DNA of 64,000 bases from an uncultured Chthonomonadaceae bacterium (GCA_963817895.1 CAWFQB010000005.1:416001-480000), one strand, 5' to 3'. Positions 49,450 to 60,429 are shown, counted from the stretch's first letter. Numbers and translations are program-made. The notes: generated by a model from the letters alone, not told the origin.

Positions 49450-51861
49450 TTAGAGAAGTTTGTCCAGCGTGATGGGCAGTTCGCGGATGCGCTTGCCGGT
49501 CGCGTGGTAAACCGCGTTGGCGATGGCGGCGGCAACACCGGTAATGCCAATTTCGCCCACGCCGCGCGCGCCCAACGGATTGATATGCGGATCGGGAATG
49601 TCCAGGAAATGAACGTCGAAAACGGGAATGTCGGCGTGTACCGGGACGTGATACTCGGCAAGGTCGGCGTTCAGGATGCGGCCGGTGCGACTGTCAGCGA
49701 TGGTATGCTCGTGCAGAGCCATGCCGATGCCCATTGTCACGCCGCCCAATATCTGGCTGCGGGACGTTTTGGGATTCAGGATGCGCCCGATGTCGAAGAC
49801 GTTGACCACGCGCGCCACGCGAATTTCCCCCGATTGCGGGTTGACACGCACCTCGACGAACTGCGCCCCGAACGACTGAAACGCATACTTCGACTGGTCG
49901 GCATTGCTGTCGGCGGGAATATCGGCGGCGATGGCGTTGGGCGCGCTGCCGCCCGGAGCCACTTTTGTTCGGGTATCCGGTTGGCTGCCCTTCCCGCCAC
50001 TCGTTTGCCCGCCCGTATTGTCCGCCGCGTTCGCGCTGTGACCTTTCTTGCCGCCGCCGCTGGCGTCCGACGCGCTTGACGCGGGCGGGGGCGCGGTTTT
50101 CGCGTTTACAACCACTTCAACGCGCTCCTGGCCCGTTTGCTTTACCACGTCCCCGAACGATACCATGCGGGCGGGCGCGGCGCGTACCAGCAGTTTGCCG
50201 TTTTGCGCGTCAATATCGGAGGGCGACGCGCCATACAGGGGCGAGTTGGAATCCGCAAGCGTGAGCGCAATCAAGCGGTCAATCAAGGCCTTTGCCGCCG
50301 CCTGCACCGCAGGACTGACGCTTGCAACCGACATGGAACCGCCGGATACGGGCGCGGGCGGCAGGCTGCTGTCACCGAGCGTAAAGCGCGTCTGCTCAAG
50401 CGGCAGTCCCAACGCGTCCGCCGCCACCTGCGTCATAACCGTGTACGTGCCGGTTCCTATATCCTGCGTGGCGCTTGAAACTACAGCGCGTCCGTCCGCG
50501 AACATCTGCGCCCGCGCCGACGCGCCCTGCCGATAACCGGGATAGGTGGCCGTCGCCATGCCGTACCCGATCAGCCAGCCGTCGTCCGATACCATGCTGC
50601 GCGGCTTGGGATTGCGCTGCTTCCAGCCGATTTTTTCCATACCCAGCGCGTAGCATTGCAGCAGATTTTTGCTCGACCAGGGCTTGTTGACCTGTGGGTT
50701 GGTGTCGGCATGGTTGCGGATGCGCAGTTCCACGGGGTCTATGTTCAGCGCGTACGCCAGTTCGTCCATTGCGGATTCGAGCGCGAACATGCCGGGAGAC
50801 TCGCCCGGAGCGCGCATGAACGTGGGCGTGCTGCGGTTGAGGCGCGTGAGGGTGTGCGACACGTCCAGATTGGGGCAGGCGTACAACATTCGCGTGGTCA
50901 GGCCGCAGGGTTCGCTGAACTCGTCTACCGTGGAGGTGTGACTGAGCGTAGCGTGATGAATGGCTGTGAGTTTTCCGTCCGGCGTGGCTCCCAAACTCAT
51001 TTTTTGGATCGCGCGAGCGCGATAGCCGTTGGACGTGAACATCTGCTGGCGGGCGAGAACCACTTTAACCGGCCTGCCCACTTTGCGGCTGGCAATCGCC
51101 GCCAGAACCGTATGCCACCAGAACGACCCCTTGCAGCCGAAGCCGCCGCCGACAAACGGCGAAATCACCTGCACATTGTCGGGCGAAATTCCCAACACCT
51201 GAGCGCAGATGGCCTGATCCGCGACGACGGCCTGCGTCGCCTCGTACAGCGTTACTTTATCGCCGTTCCACGCGGCGATACTGGCGTGAGGCTCCAGCGG
51301 GTTATGATGCTCGATGGGCGTGGAATACGTCTGCTCCACCTTGACGGGCGAAGCGGCCAGCGCGTTTGCGGGATCGCCGCGCTTTGTTTGCAGCGGCTCA
51401 TAGCCCATGAACGAGGACGGCTTGTAGGTGTGGCCCATGTTCTGCTCGATCTCGACGGCGGGCTTTTCCACCTCATACGTAATCGTGACCAGGTCGGCGG
51501 CGAAACAGGCCTGCTCGAAAGTTTCCGCGACCACGACGCCCAGATGCTGCCCGTTGTAGTGGATGATGTTGTCTTGCAGCGGCGCATACGCCTCGCCCGG
51601 CTTGCCGCCTGCCGGGTCTTTGGGATCGGGCAGGTTTAGTTTGGGCGCGTTGAGATGCGTGATAATGGCAAGCACACCCGGCGCGGCCTGCGCCCGCGTG
51701 AGATCAAATGCCTTCACGCGCCCCTTGCTGATCGCGCTTTCAATCAGATAAGCGTGGGCGAGATTATCCAGCGGATGTTCGGCGGCGTAGACGGCGGTTC
51801 CGGTCACTTTCAGCCGTCCGTCCACGCGGCTGATCGGCTGTCCTACATTTCCAAATCGCAT
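49450..51861 (-). CDS. paoC: Xanthine dehydrogenase-family Mo-binding subunit (PaoC/YagR-like)
   Basis: RVDGRLKVTG, HNPLEPH, GGGFGCKG, MRAPGE, QDIGTGT, GARGVGEIG. Confidence 0.92.
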   Translation of the reverse strand: MRFGNVGQPISRVDGRLKVTGTAVYAAEHPLDNLAHAYLIESAISKGRVKAFDLTRAQAAPGVLAIITHLNAPKLNLPDPKDPAGGKPGEAYAPLQDNIIHYNGQHLGVVVAETFEQACFAADLVTITYEVEKPAVEIEQNMGHTYKPSSFMGYEPLQTKRGDPANALAASPVKVEQTYSTPIEHHNPLEPHASIAAWNGDKVTLYEATQAVVADQAICAQVLGISPDNVQVISPFVGGGFGCKGSFWWHTVLAAIASRKVGRPVKVVLARQQMFTSNGYRARAIQKMSLGATPDGKLTAIHHATLSHTSTVDEFSEPCGLTTRMLYACPNLDVSHTLTRLNRSTPTFMRAPGESPGMFALESAMDELAYALNIDPVELRIRNHADTNPQVNKPWSSKNLLQCYALGMEKIGWKQRNPKPRSMVSDDGWLIGYGMATATYPGYRQGASARAQMFADGRAVVSSATQDIGTGTYTVMTQVAADALGLPLEQTRFTLGDSSLPPAPVSGGSMSVASVSPAVQAAAKALIDRLIALTLADSNSPLYGASPSDIDAQNGKLLVRAAPARMVSFGDVVKQTGQERVEVVVNAKTAPPPASSASDASGGGKKGHSANAADNTGGQTSGGKGSQPDTRTKVAPGGSAPNAIAADIPADSNADQSKYAFQSFGAQFVEVRVNPQSGEIRVARVVNVFDIGRILNPKTSRSQILGGVTMGIGMALHEHTIADSRTGRILNADLAEYHVPVHADIPVFDVHFLDIPDPHINPLGARGVGEIGITGVAAAIANAVYHATGKRIRELPITLDKLL

Positions 51862-51876
51862 AGTGGTGTTCTCCGG

Positions 51877-52863
51877 TTAGGCCATGCCTGCCACGATGGT
51901 CAGGGCGCGGATAATAGTACGCTTGGCGAGTTCAGGCTTGAATCCGTTGTGTTTGTATTTCTTCGCGCTGCGCATAGCCGCTTCCGCCGCCATTTTGAAG
52001 GTGTTTTCGTTCGCGGGCTTGCCGGTCAATGTTTTTTCGGCTTCCAGGCTGCGCCAGGGCTTGTGCGCCACGCCGCCAAGCGCGACGCGGCAATGCTGTA
52101 TTACGCCGTTCTGTATGTCGAGCGCGGCGGCAACGCTCACAAGGGCAAACGCGTAACTGGCCCGGTCGCGGACTTTAATATAATGCGAGCGGGCGGCAAA
52201 CGAACTTGCCGGCAGTTCCACGCCTGTAATCAGTTCGCCGTGTTCCAGAACGGTTTCGATGTGCGGGGTATCGCCGGGAAGCAGATGAAAGTCGTTGATG
52301 GCAATGCGGCGCGCGCCCTTCGGCCCCTGCGTCAGCACAACGGCGTCCAGCGCGTTCATCGCGACCGCCATGTCGGAGGGATGAGTGGCGATGCACTTGT
52401 TGCTCGTTCCCAGAATGGCGTGGATGCGGTTGTAGCCCTCGATGGCGGGACAGCCGGTTCCGGGTTCGCGCTTGTTGCAGGGCGTGGCCGTGTCGCGGAA
52501 ATAGTAGCAGCGGGTTCGTTGCAACAGATTGCCGCCCGTTGTCGCCATGTTGCGCAATTGCGCCGACGCGCCCGACAGCAACGCCTCGCTGAGTACGGGA
52601 TAGTTCTTGCGGATAGTCGGGTCATACGCCAGATCGCTGTTGCGGACAAGCGCACCGATGCGAACCCCGCCGTCCGGCAACCATTCGATTTTATTCAGCG
52701 CAAGACTGTTGATGTCCACAAGCTGTAACGGCGTCTGCACATTCAATTTGATGTTGTCGATCAGGTTGGTTCCGCCCGCCAGGAAAGCGGCCTGCGGATT
52801 GGCGGACACGTCCGCGATGGCGCGGTTTTCTTCAGTGGCGCGGCTGTATGTAAACGGCTGCAT
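51877..52863 (-). CDS. paoB: FAD-binding subunit (PaoB/YagS-like, with 4Fe-4S cysteines)
   Basis: LAGGTNL, QLRNMATTGGNLLQRTRCYYF, CNKR..GC, CIATHPSD, KVRDRASYAFA. Confidence 0.92.
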   Translation of the reverse strand: MQPFTYSRATEENRAIADVSANPQAAFLAGGTNLIDNIKLNVQTPLQLVDINSLALNKIEWLPDGGVRIGALVRNSDLAYDPTIRKNYPVLSEALLSGASAQLRNMATTGGNLLQRTRCYYFRDTATPCNKREPGTGCPAIEGYNRIHAILGTSNKCIATHPSDMAVAMNALDAVVLTQGPKGARRIAINDFHLLPGDTPHIETVLEHGELITGVELPASSFAARSHYIKVRDRASYAFALVSVAAALDIQNGVIQHCRVALGGVAHKPWRSLEAEKTLTGKPANENTFKMAAEAAMRSAKKYKHNGFKPELAKRTIIRALTIVAGMA

Positions 52864-52866
52864 CTG

Positions 52867-53706
52867 TTACTTGCTCCCTTCTGAAACCAACCCCGAAGCG
52901 GCGAACGCGGCAGTGTTGGGCATTGTCGCCTGCGAAGCCGTGTCCCTGCCGTTTTTGCCCTCCAAAACCGATTTCACGGCGGCCACGATGTTGGGGTACG
53001 CGCCGCAACGACATATATTGCCGCTCATCTGCTCCTGAATTTCCGTGTCGGTATGCGCGTGGCCCTCATGGACAACCGCCACTGCCGACATGATCTGTCC
53101 GGGCGTGCAATAACCGCACTGATAGCCGTCGTGTTCGATAAACGCGGCCTGCATCGGGTGCAGGGTTTCGCCCTGAGCCAGCCCCTCAATCGTGGTGATC
53201 TTCTGTCCCTGGTGCATGACGGCAAGAGTCAGGCAAGAATTTACGCGCCGTCCGTCAATATGGACGGTACACGCGCCGCACTGCCCATGATCGCAGCCCT
53301 TTTTCGTTCCGGTCAAATGAAGCCGTTCACGCAGGGCGTCCAGCAACGTCACGCGGGGTTCCAGAGACAGGGCATGATCCGCGCCGTTGATATTGAGCGT
53401 AACATTCACGGGCGGTACGGTTGGAGCGACGGGCAGCGCGTGGGGCGTCAGGGTTTGCGCCCCGGCCTCTCCCTCGCTTTCCACAAGCAGGGGCGCAATG
53501 GCAAACGCGGCGGTTACGCCCGCCGCGTTTGCCAGAAATTCGCGCCGGGACGCGCCCTCCTGCGCCGCGTGAGAGGACGGGGAATCAGGCGTGTCCGGCT
53601 TGAAATCCAGCACATGCGGGCGGGCAGGCGCTTCCTCTACGGGATTACAGTGTTGATGAGTCTCTTCCAATGGGAACCTCCACGGGCTGACAGAGCGGAT
53701 ATGCAA
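52867..53706 (-). CDS. paoA: 2Fe-2S subunit with Tat signal (PaoA/YagT-like; start uncertain)
   Basis: SRREFL; GTKKGCDHGQCGACT, QCGYCTPG, GNICRCGAY. Confidence 0.92.
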   Translation of the reverse strand: MHIRSVSPWRFPLEETHQHCNPVEEAPARPHVLDFKPDTPDSPSSHAAQEGASRREFLANAAGVTAAFAIAPLLVESEGEAGAQTLTPHALPVAPTVPPVNVTLNINGADHALSLEPRVTLLDALRERLHLTGTKKGCDHGQCGACTVHIDGRRVNSCLTLAVMHQGQKITTIEGLAQGETLHPMQAAFIEHDGYQCGYCTPGQIMSAVAVVHEGHAHTDTEIQEQMSGNICRCGAYPNIVAAVKSVLEGKNGRDTASQATMPNTAAFAASGLVSEGSK

Positions 53707-53760
53707 AATGGGTTATTGGCAGTATAACTTACGAAGTAAATGGCTTTATGTTGCGGTGAT

Positions 53761-54819
53761 CTATCTCTGATTGAGGGAAGCCATGTCAATGACGAAGCGG
53801 TAGCGCACATCGCTTTTCAGGACGCGCTCAAAGGCCTGGTTGATGTCCTGAATGTTAATCATTTCCACGTCACAGGCAATACCGCGTTCGGCGCAAAAGT
53901 CCAGCACCTCCTGCGTTTCCGCAATGCCGCCCGCGCCGGAACCCGCAATGGATTTGCGTCCTGCCATGAGCGCCACACCCATAACCGGCGGTTCGAGCGG
54001 ATCAAGCTGCCCGACAAGTATAAGCGTGCCGTCCCGTTTCAGCGTTGCTAAATAGGGGTTAAGGTCGTGCGGGGCGGGTACGGTGTCGAGTATGAAGTCA
54101 AAGCGGTTGACGGTCGCCTGCATCTGCGCCGCATCCGTTGAGAGAATCACCTCGTTCGCCCCCAATCGCCGCGCTTCGCTCTCCTTGTTCGGTGTTCGCG
54201 TGAACAGCGACACCTCCGCGCCCATCGCGTGGGCAAACTTCAGTCCGATATGGCCTAATCCGCCCAACCCGACAACCGCCACTCTGCTGCCGTCGCCAAT
54301 GTTCCAGTGGCGCAGGGGCGAATACGTGGTAATTCCCGCGCACAGCAGGGGGCCGGCGGATTTGGGATCGAGTTTTTCCGGCAGGCGCAGCGCGAACTTA
54401 TCGGAAACGAGGATGCGTTGCGAGTAGCCGCCGTATGTGGGCAGGCCGTCATGCCGATCTTTGTCGTTGTAGGTTTGGGTGCAGATGTTTTCGCAGTACA
54501 CTTCCAGTCCCGCCAGACACGCCTCGCAATGCAGGCAAGAGTCCACCATTACGCCCACGCCCACCATGTCACCAGGCTTGAACTTTGTAACATCGCTTCC
54601 CACGCTTGCCACTCGCCCGATGATCTCATGGCCCGGAACCATTGGGTAGACGGCATTGCCCCACCCGTTGCGCGTCTGGTGGATGTCGGTATGGCAGACA
54701 CCGCAGTAAAGGACGTCAATCACGACATCATCCGGGCGCGGGTCGCGCCGCTCGAAGTCAAATGGCGCGACGGGCGTTGTAGCGGACTGCGCCGCGTAGC
54801 CTGAAACATTCATACTCAT
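53761..54819 (-). CDS. Zn-dependent NADP alcohol dehydrogenase (CAD/YahK-like)
   Basis: CGVCHTD, PGHEIIG, CxxCxxC...C, PLLCAGITTY, GLGGLG, DVRYRFVID. Confidence 0.93.
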   Translation of the reverse strand: MSMNVSGYAAQSATTPVAPFDFERRDPRPDDVVIDVLYCGVCHTDIHQTRNGWGNAVYPMVPGHEIIGRVASVGSDVTKFKPGDMVGVGVMVDSCLHCEACLAGLEVYCENICTQTYNDKDRHDGLPTYGGYSQRILVSDKFALRLPEKLDPKSAGPLLCAGITTYSPLRHWNIGDGSRVAVVGLGGLGHIGLKFAHAMGAEVSLFTRTPNKESEARRLGANEVILSTDAAQMQATVNRFDFILDTVPAPHDLNPYLATLKRDGTLILVGQLDPLEPPVMGVALMAGRKSIAGSGAGGIAETQEVLDFCAERGIACDVEMINIQDINQAFERVLKSDVRYRFVIDMASLNQR

Positions 54820-54949
54820 TGTTTTCTCCCTGTTTTCCTGTTTCTGGCCGGATTTCTGTATTCCGGTGTTCATTGCGGCAAAACGGTTCGTCGCAGCGTA
54901 CAGGAGTATATAACTATCCTACTCGCGGGGGTGAAGAAACGAGTAGCCG

Positions 54950-54980
54950 GATACTGCAAGAAATTTGCCCGATCCTGCAA
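54950..54980. promoter_or_regulatory. Probable AraC-type operator (direct repeat, 21-bp period)
   Basis: GATACTGCAA (54950) and GATCCTGCAA (54971) between the divergent adh and araC genes. Confidence 0.55.
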
Positions 54981-55031
54981 ATGCGAGCCTTTCACAGGGA
55001 AATCAGGCGACACAGAACGAGGACAGAAACG

Positions 55032-55987
55032 ATGCGGCAAATTGAGCTTTCCGGTCAGGACAAGAATAGTAGTCTGGAAGACGCGCTTCGACATAAACAC
55101 GAGGAACTGGTCCAATTGATTGACAGGCTGGCCGACGCGGACGGCGCGTATTCGACCGCCATCGCGCCCCTCACTTTGTACCGGCTGTCAGCCGCTTCTC
55201 AGCCGGTTTACGGGATTCAAAAGCCGACATTTTGCATTGTCGCCCAGGGCTGCAAGCAGGCCACGTTGGGGGAGGAATACCATCTGCACGAGCCATCCCG
55301 GTATCTGCTGGTGACGGTCGGCCTGCCGATTACCGCGCAGATTATTCAGGCCTCGCCTGAAGCGCCGTACCTGGGATTTTGCCTCGACCTTGACCCCCGC
55401 GATATTGCCGCATTGCTGATGGAAATGGACTTTGCGGAGAACGTCCCGCGCGATTATGCCGGGGAAACGTCGGCGCGCAGTCTGTCCATAAGCCGCACAG
55501 ACGCGCCCCTGCTCGACGCCGTCGTGCGCCTGCTGCGCCTGCTGGGTACCCCGCGAGACATTCCCGTACTGGCCCCCTTGCGTTGCGCGAAATCCTGTAC
55601 CGTCTGCTGACGGGAGAACAGGGCATGCGGCTGCGCCAGGTTGCTTTGAACAACAGCCCGACACAACGCATCGCGCAGGCGATTGACTGGCTTAAGCGTC
55701 ACTACGCCGAACCGTTAGATATTGAAACCCTCGCGCAAAACGTGTGCATGAGTCCGTCCGGGCTGTATCACCACTTCAAAGCCGTCACCGCCCTGAGTCC
55801 GCTTCAGTATCAGAAACATCTGCGCCTTCAGGAAGCGCGGCGATTGATGCTGGTGGAGGATACGGACGCCGCGCTTGCCGGTTATCGCGTTGGTTATAAC
55901 AGTTCCTCCCAGTTCAGCCGCGAATACAGCCGATTGTTTGGGACTCCCCCATTACGCGACATTGTCCGGCTTCGCCGCGCCTCCTGA
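55032..55987 (+). CDS. AraC-family regulator (YqhC-like); frameshift at ~55578
   Basis: CIVAQGCKQ, PEAPYL, REILYRLL, HFKAVTALSPLQYQK, VGY.S.SQFSREY. Confidence 0.9.
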
Positions 55988-56092
55988 AAATTTCTTCTAG
56001 CTTTTTGGCCTGTCAAGGTAGAATGTAGGAGTAAATTGTATTGGGAGCGGGCGACCATCTGTGAACGCCCGGAGTGAGGCACTTAAAATGGC

Positions 56093-57007
56093 ATGGGGCA
56101 AACGCGCAAAAAAGAGGAACCGCTGGTTTACAATTCGCTGGATGAGCTGCTGGCATTGCTGGCAGAAGAGCGGCAAAAGACGCTGAAACGCCGTCGCAAT
56201 GCGAAAATCGGCCTGAGCATCTATCTCGGCGTTGTTATTCTGATCCTGATTGACGGGATATTAACCAACTTTCACGGCTTCGGAGGCATAGGCAGTATGT
56301 TCGGCAGCCTGAGCGGAGTAATTGCGAGTATGTATGCGGCAACCAGTACGCAGAAAAAAGGCGTTCAGGCGCTGGCAGAATACAACGACCTTCGCGCCGC
56401 GCCGCGCTTGATTGAAATATTGGAATACAACGATAATTCTCTCAAAGCAGACGCCGCCACGCTGCTGGAAAAGTTGCTGCCGAAGCTGCAAGCCTCCGAC
56501 GCGCCCATGTTCACGCCGGAACACCACGCCATTCTGAACCGGGTGCTTGCCGGCAAAGTGGCGCTTGCCGGCAAAGATAAAGCGCTGGCCCTAACCTTAA
56601 CAGCCAAACTGCTGACAGCCATTCTGGTGGCGTTGCGGCAGGTCGGAACGGAGAGTTCCCTGCCCGTTGTTACCGAACTGGCGGAAGGCAAAGGCAGGGC
56701 TAAACAGTTTCCTCAGCTGAAGGAGGCGGCGCAAGAGTGCCTGCCGTTCCTCCAAAGCCGTGTGGAAAATCAGCGACAAACCCAAACCCTGCTCCGCGCT
56801 TCCGATGGCAACCGGACACCTGCCGACATGCTGCTGCGCCCCGCGCTGGATTCACCCTCAACGACGCCCGCCGACGAACTGCTGCGCGCTGCCCCGGAAA
56901 CAAATGCGTTGCCACCCCTGTCCGTTTCCACCGCGCCCGCTTTCAATCCCACGCCGCATCTGGAACCGGAAGCGCAACCGGAAGCCCAAATCGCGCGTTT
57001 GTCGTAG
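56093..57007 (+). CDS. Membrane protein with HEAT-like repeats and Pro-rich tail
   Basis: Two TM segments, DLRAAPRLIEIL, ALRQVG...LPVV, repeated LLR[AP] motifs. Confidence 0.75.
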   Translation: MGQTRKKEEPLVYNSLDELLALLAEERQKTLKRRRNAKIGLSIYLGVVILILIDGILTNFHGFGGIGSMFGSLSGVIASMYAATSTQKKGVQALAEYNDLRAAPRLIEILEYNDNSLKADAATLLEKLLPKLQASDAPMFTPEHHAILNRVLAGKVALAGKDKALALTLTAKLLTAILVALRQVGTESSLPVVTELAEGKGRAKQFPQLKEAAQECLPFLQSRVENQRQTQTLLRASDGNRTPADMLLRPALDSPSTTPADELLRAAPETNALPPLSVSTAPAFNPTPHLEPEAQPEAQIARLS

Positions 57008-57107
57008 GGCTTTTGTTTCCGTTCCTCATCCGGCTGCCAGCCATGTAACGGCTTTTCGTTGAATGTTGGCGGCTTCTGTATCTCTATCAACTACAAACTA
57101 TCAACTA

Positions 57108-58064
57108 TCAACTTTTCAGCAACGATTGCAGCGCGGGTTCTAATGTGGGAAAGCGAAAACGGTAGCCCTGCTGTTCCGCGACGGCAGGCAGGACTTTCTG
57201 CCCGGTGAGCAGGGTTTCAGCAAACTCGCCCAGCAGGGCGCGGAGAGCGAAGGCGGGTACGGGCAGAATGGTGGGACGATGAAATATGTGGCCGAGCGCG
57301 TGGGCGAAATCCGCGTTGGCGCGGGGATTAGGCGCGGTCATATTGACGGCCCCCTGTACCTGCGCGTTCGTCATGGCCCACGTAATCAGCCCCAATACAT
57401 CATCCAGATGTATCCACGACAGCCACTGTTTGCCGCTGCCAATCGGCCCGCCCGCGCCGAGTTTGTAGGGATTGAGCGGCAGGGGAAGCGGGTGCAGCAT
57501 CTTTTCCAGCGCGCCGCCATGCCCTAAAACCACCCCGATTCGCAGCCTGACGACGCGAACGCCCAATGCTTCCGCTTTCTGCGCTTCCGCTTCCCACGCT
57601 TTGCACACGTCCGCCAGAAAATCGTTTCCCGGCGCGTCCGCTTCTGTGACCGTTTCATCCTTGCGGTCGCCATAGTAGCCGATACCGGACGCGCTGAGGA
57701 ATACGGGCGGGCGACGTTCCGATGCGCGCGCGGCGTCCACCAACCTGCGCGTCGTATCCACGCGGGAATCGAGAATTTGCTTCTTGTACTCCGGTGTCCA
57801 GCGCTGTCCCGCAACCGGGGTTCCCGCCAGATTGATAACGGCGTCTGATTCAGCAATCGCCTGCTTCCACTCGTCGGCAGGAGCAGACGCGGCGGCATCA
57901 CCGGCTTTCTCTTCCCATGCCAGACTGCGTACTTGTTTCCCCAATGTCGCCTGCGCCTTTACCGCGTCTCGCGATACAACTGTGACCTGATGCCCGCTCC
58001 CGACTAATTCGGCGCACAATGGCGGCCCGATAAACCCCGTTGCGCCCGCGATTACAATCTTCAT
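57108..58064 (-). CDS. TIGR01777-family NAD-dependent epimerase (YfcH-like)
   Basis: GATGFIG, AVINLAG, SRVDTT, SASGIGYYG, GSGKQWLSWIH. Confidence 0.92.
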   Translation of the reverse strand: MKIVIAGATGFIGPPLCAELVGSGHQVTVVSRDAVKAQATLGKQVRSLAWEEKAGDAAASAPADEWKQAIAESDAVINLAGTPVAGQRWTPEYKKQILDSRVDTTRRLVDAARASERRPPVFLSASGIGYYGDRKDETVTEADAPGNDFLADVCKAWEAEAQKAEALGVRVVRLRIGVVLGHGGALEKMLHPLPLPLNPYKLGAGGPIGSGKQWLSWIHLDDVLGLITWAMTNAQVQGAVNMTAPNPRANADFAHALGHIFHRPTILPVPAFALRALLGEFAETLLTGQKVLPAVAEQQGYRFRFPTLEPALQSLLKS

Positions 58065-58206
58065 GCTGTTTCCCTCTGCCTTTCCACAAAATCCATTAGT
58101 ATTCAATGATACGTTGTAAGTGTCTGAATTTCTGCCTGTCGCGCGACAAACAAAAAACCGAGCGTAACTAATGTACGCTCGGTCTTGCCGCTCTCACTCT
58201 CCACTC

Positions 58207-58992
58207 TCACTTTTTGGTATGCTGCAAAAACCACGCGCCCAAATCTTCCTTGCCGTAGGCGTTGTCCCACGAATTGTGGCCGACGCCGGGATAGGTAGTC
58301 AATTTCACGTCGCCGCCCGCCGCTTTCACGGCATCCACCATCTCATGCGATTTTTCCACTTTCACGGTCGGGTCGGCCTCCCCGTGAAAACACCAGATGG
58401 GTAGGGGCTTGAGGGTTGTGGCGGTGGCGACATCGCTCCAGCCGCAAACCGGCGCAAGGGCCGCGAACATTTCAGGATGCTTCGCGCCAATCATCCATGT
58501 GCCGTGTCCGCCCTGCGATAGGCCCGTCAGGTACAGGCGGGTTGTATCCACCTTGTAATCGGCTTTGGTCTGATCCAGCATCGCCATGACAAGCGCGTCG
58601 TGGTCTTCCCAATTGGAGCGCGCCGTGGGCTTTTGTGGAAACACAACCAGAAACGGCCATTTAGTGGCGTCCTTCATAATGGCCGGACCAAGCCCCGTCG
58701 CGACGTGCTTCCAGCCATCTCGCCCGCACTCGCCCGCGCCGTTCAGGAAGACAATCGTGGGATACGCTTTGCTGCCGTCGTAATCGGCAGGCACGTACAC
58801 CACGTATTTGTATTCTTCCGCGCCCTGTTTGATGGTTTTGGTTAAAAAGCCTTTAGACACAGTTTCCGCCTCGCGCCGCGCTTTCGCTTTGGGGGCGCGG
58901 GGCGCGGCCAAAGTCATTGGAGAAACAGCAACCGTTCCGCTCGCCAGCAGCAGCGCGGCAGCAGTGAAAAATAGAGAACGTAGACGCAACAC
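58207..58992 (-). CDS. Secreted alpha/beta hydrolase (predicted peptidase/esterase)
   Basis: Signal peptide; FLNGAGE, GLSQGG nucleophile, HGEAD, GHNSW. Confidence 0.85.
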   Translation of the reverse strand: MLRLRSLFFTAAALLLASGTVAVSPMTLAAPRAPKAKARREAETVSKGFLTKTIKQGAEEYKYVVYVPADYDGSKAYPTIVFLNGAGECGRDGWKHVATGLGPAIMKDATKWPFLVVFPQKPTARSNWEDHDALVMAMLDQTKADYKVDTTRLYLTGLSQGGHGTWMIGAKHPEMFAALAPVCGWSDVATATTLKPLPIWCFHGEADPTVKVEKSHEMVDAVKAAGGDVKLTTYPGVGHNSWDNAYGKEDLGAWFLQHTKK

Positions 58993-59042
58993 TTGTTTAT
59001 CCTTTCCGTCACCCTGAATACGAACTCTCCTGCCAGCCTTGA

Positions 59043-60347
59043 TTACATACCGGTCAGCATGGCAATTATGATCGCGATCAACGCCAGCGCGTTCAGCCCC
59101 ACGCCGATACCTGCCAGCCATAATGCGGCGGTGGCGGTTCCCTGCCCGCCGAGGCGCGGGTCGGCCTGCATCATGCGCCGCGCTTTCAGGGCGAGGTACA
59201 GCGCGATAGGAGAAAAGACGATTGCCAAACCGGTACAGCCGAGCGGCAGGCCAAGAATAGCCAGAATCAGCGCCACAGTCGCTTCTTGCGGAACTACAGG
59301 CTGCGTCACCACATACTGCTGCGCCCCGCCGTACCCATAAGCTCCGGGGGGCGCGTATCCCGCGCCATACGGCGGCTGGCCGTAGGGCGGCTGACCATAA
59401 GGCGGGGGCTGGCCGGGAATTGGCGGCTGTCCATACGGCTGCGGTTGACCGTAGGGCAGTGGCTGTCCGGGCATTTGCGCCTGCTCCGAGCGTGGCGGCG
59501 CGTATCCCGGCCCATATCCCGGCGGCGTTGGCCCGTATCCGGGCGGCGGGGGCAACGCATAGGGGTTGGCGCCGTATCCGGGCGCGTAGGGATTGAGAGG
59601 CGGCGGAACATTCGGCGGAATGGCGGGCGAATATTCGGATGCGGCGGGCAACGGCGGCGTTGCGCTCGACGCGCCTGCTGAAGCGGAATTAGCGGGCGTG
59701 CCGCTCTGATGCCCCGCCCCGTGTTCCGTCGGAAAGGCCGGGGTTGCGGAAGAGGTCGGCGTGTATTCGGAGGGAGTGGGCGCGGCGGGCAATGTAACGA
59801 AAGCGGGCGCGGCCTTGCCGAACGAGGAGTTGACCGGCCTTGCAAAGATAGGCTTTTCCCCGGCAGGCGAAGCGTCCGCGTTCGACGCAGAATTGCCGCT
59901 CGTTGAGGAAATACCACTCGAATTGGCAGCGCTTCCCGGCGCAATCGTAAGGTCCGGTTCGGAGGCGGAACGCGATTGGGCGGCAAAACTCGGCCCGTTC
60001 AAACGCGCTTCCACCCGCTCCAGAGCCTCGTGCGCGACAGGGTACTCCGCCTGTAGCAAAATGGCCTGCTGAAACGAGGACTGAGCGCCAATCAAGTCGC
60101 CGCCCTGCTCCTGCGCGATTCCCAGATTGAACCGGGCTTGCGCGCTGTCGGGCTGAAGTTCTGTGGCCCGCGATAATACCCGCGCCGCGTCCCCGTGCCG
60201 CTTCATCTGATGGTACACGCCGCCCAGATACAGGTGAGTCTCGAAATCCTCTTTATTCTGTCGGACAACCTGTTCCAGCAAAATCGCGGCTGTCGGCAGG
60301 TCGCCTTTTTGCAGCGCGGCCAAACCGTCCTCGCGTTCCCTCGCCAT
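59043..60347 (-). CDS. TPR, Pro/Tyr/Gly-rich linker, DUF4190-like membrane protein
   Basis: Three TPRs; PYGQP repeats; ATVALILAILG...G.G.ATAA C-terminus. Confidence 0.8.
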   Translation of the reverse strand: MAREREDGLAALQKGDLPTAAILLEQVVRQNKEDFETHLYLGGVYHQMKRHGDAARVLSRATELQPDSAQARFNLGIAQEQGGDLIGAQSSFQQAILLQAEYPVAHEALERVEARLNGPSFAAQSRSASEPDLTIAPGSAANSSGISSTSGNSASNADASPAGEKPIFARPVNSSFGKAAPAFVTLPAAPTPSEYTPTSSATPAFPTEHGAGHQSGTPANSASAGASSATPPLPAASEYSPAIPPNVPPPLNPYAPGYGANPYALPPPPGYGPTPPGYGPGYAPPRSEQAQMPGQPLPYGQPQPYGQPPIPGQPPPYGQPPYGQPPYGAGYAPPGAYGYGGAQQYVVTQPVVPQEATVALILAILGLPLGCTGLAIVFSPIALYLALKARRMMQADPRLGGQGTATAALWLAGIGVGLNALALIAIIIAMLTGM

Positions 60348-60363
60348 GTCAATCTCCTGAAAA

Positions 60364-60429
60364 TGATGAATGATGAATGATGAGTGATGAACAGAATTCT
60401 ATTCATCACTCATCATTCATCATTCATCA
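60364..60429. repeat. 28-bp perfect inverted repeat of (TGATGAR)4
   Basis: 60364-60391 is the exact reverse complement of 60402-60429. Confidence 0.9.
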
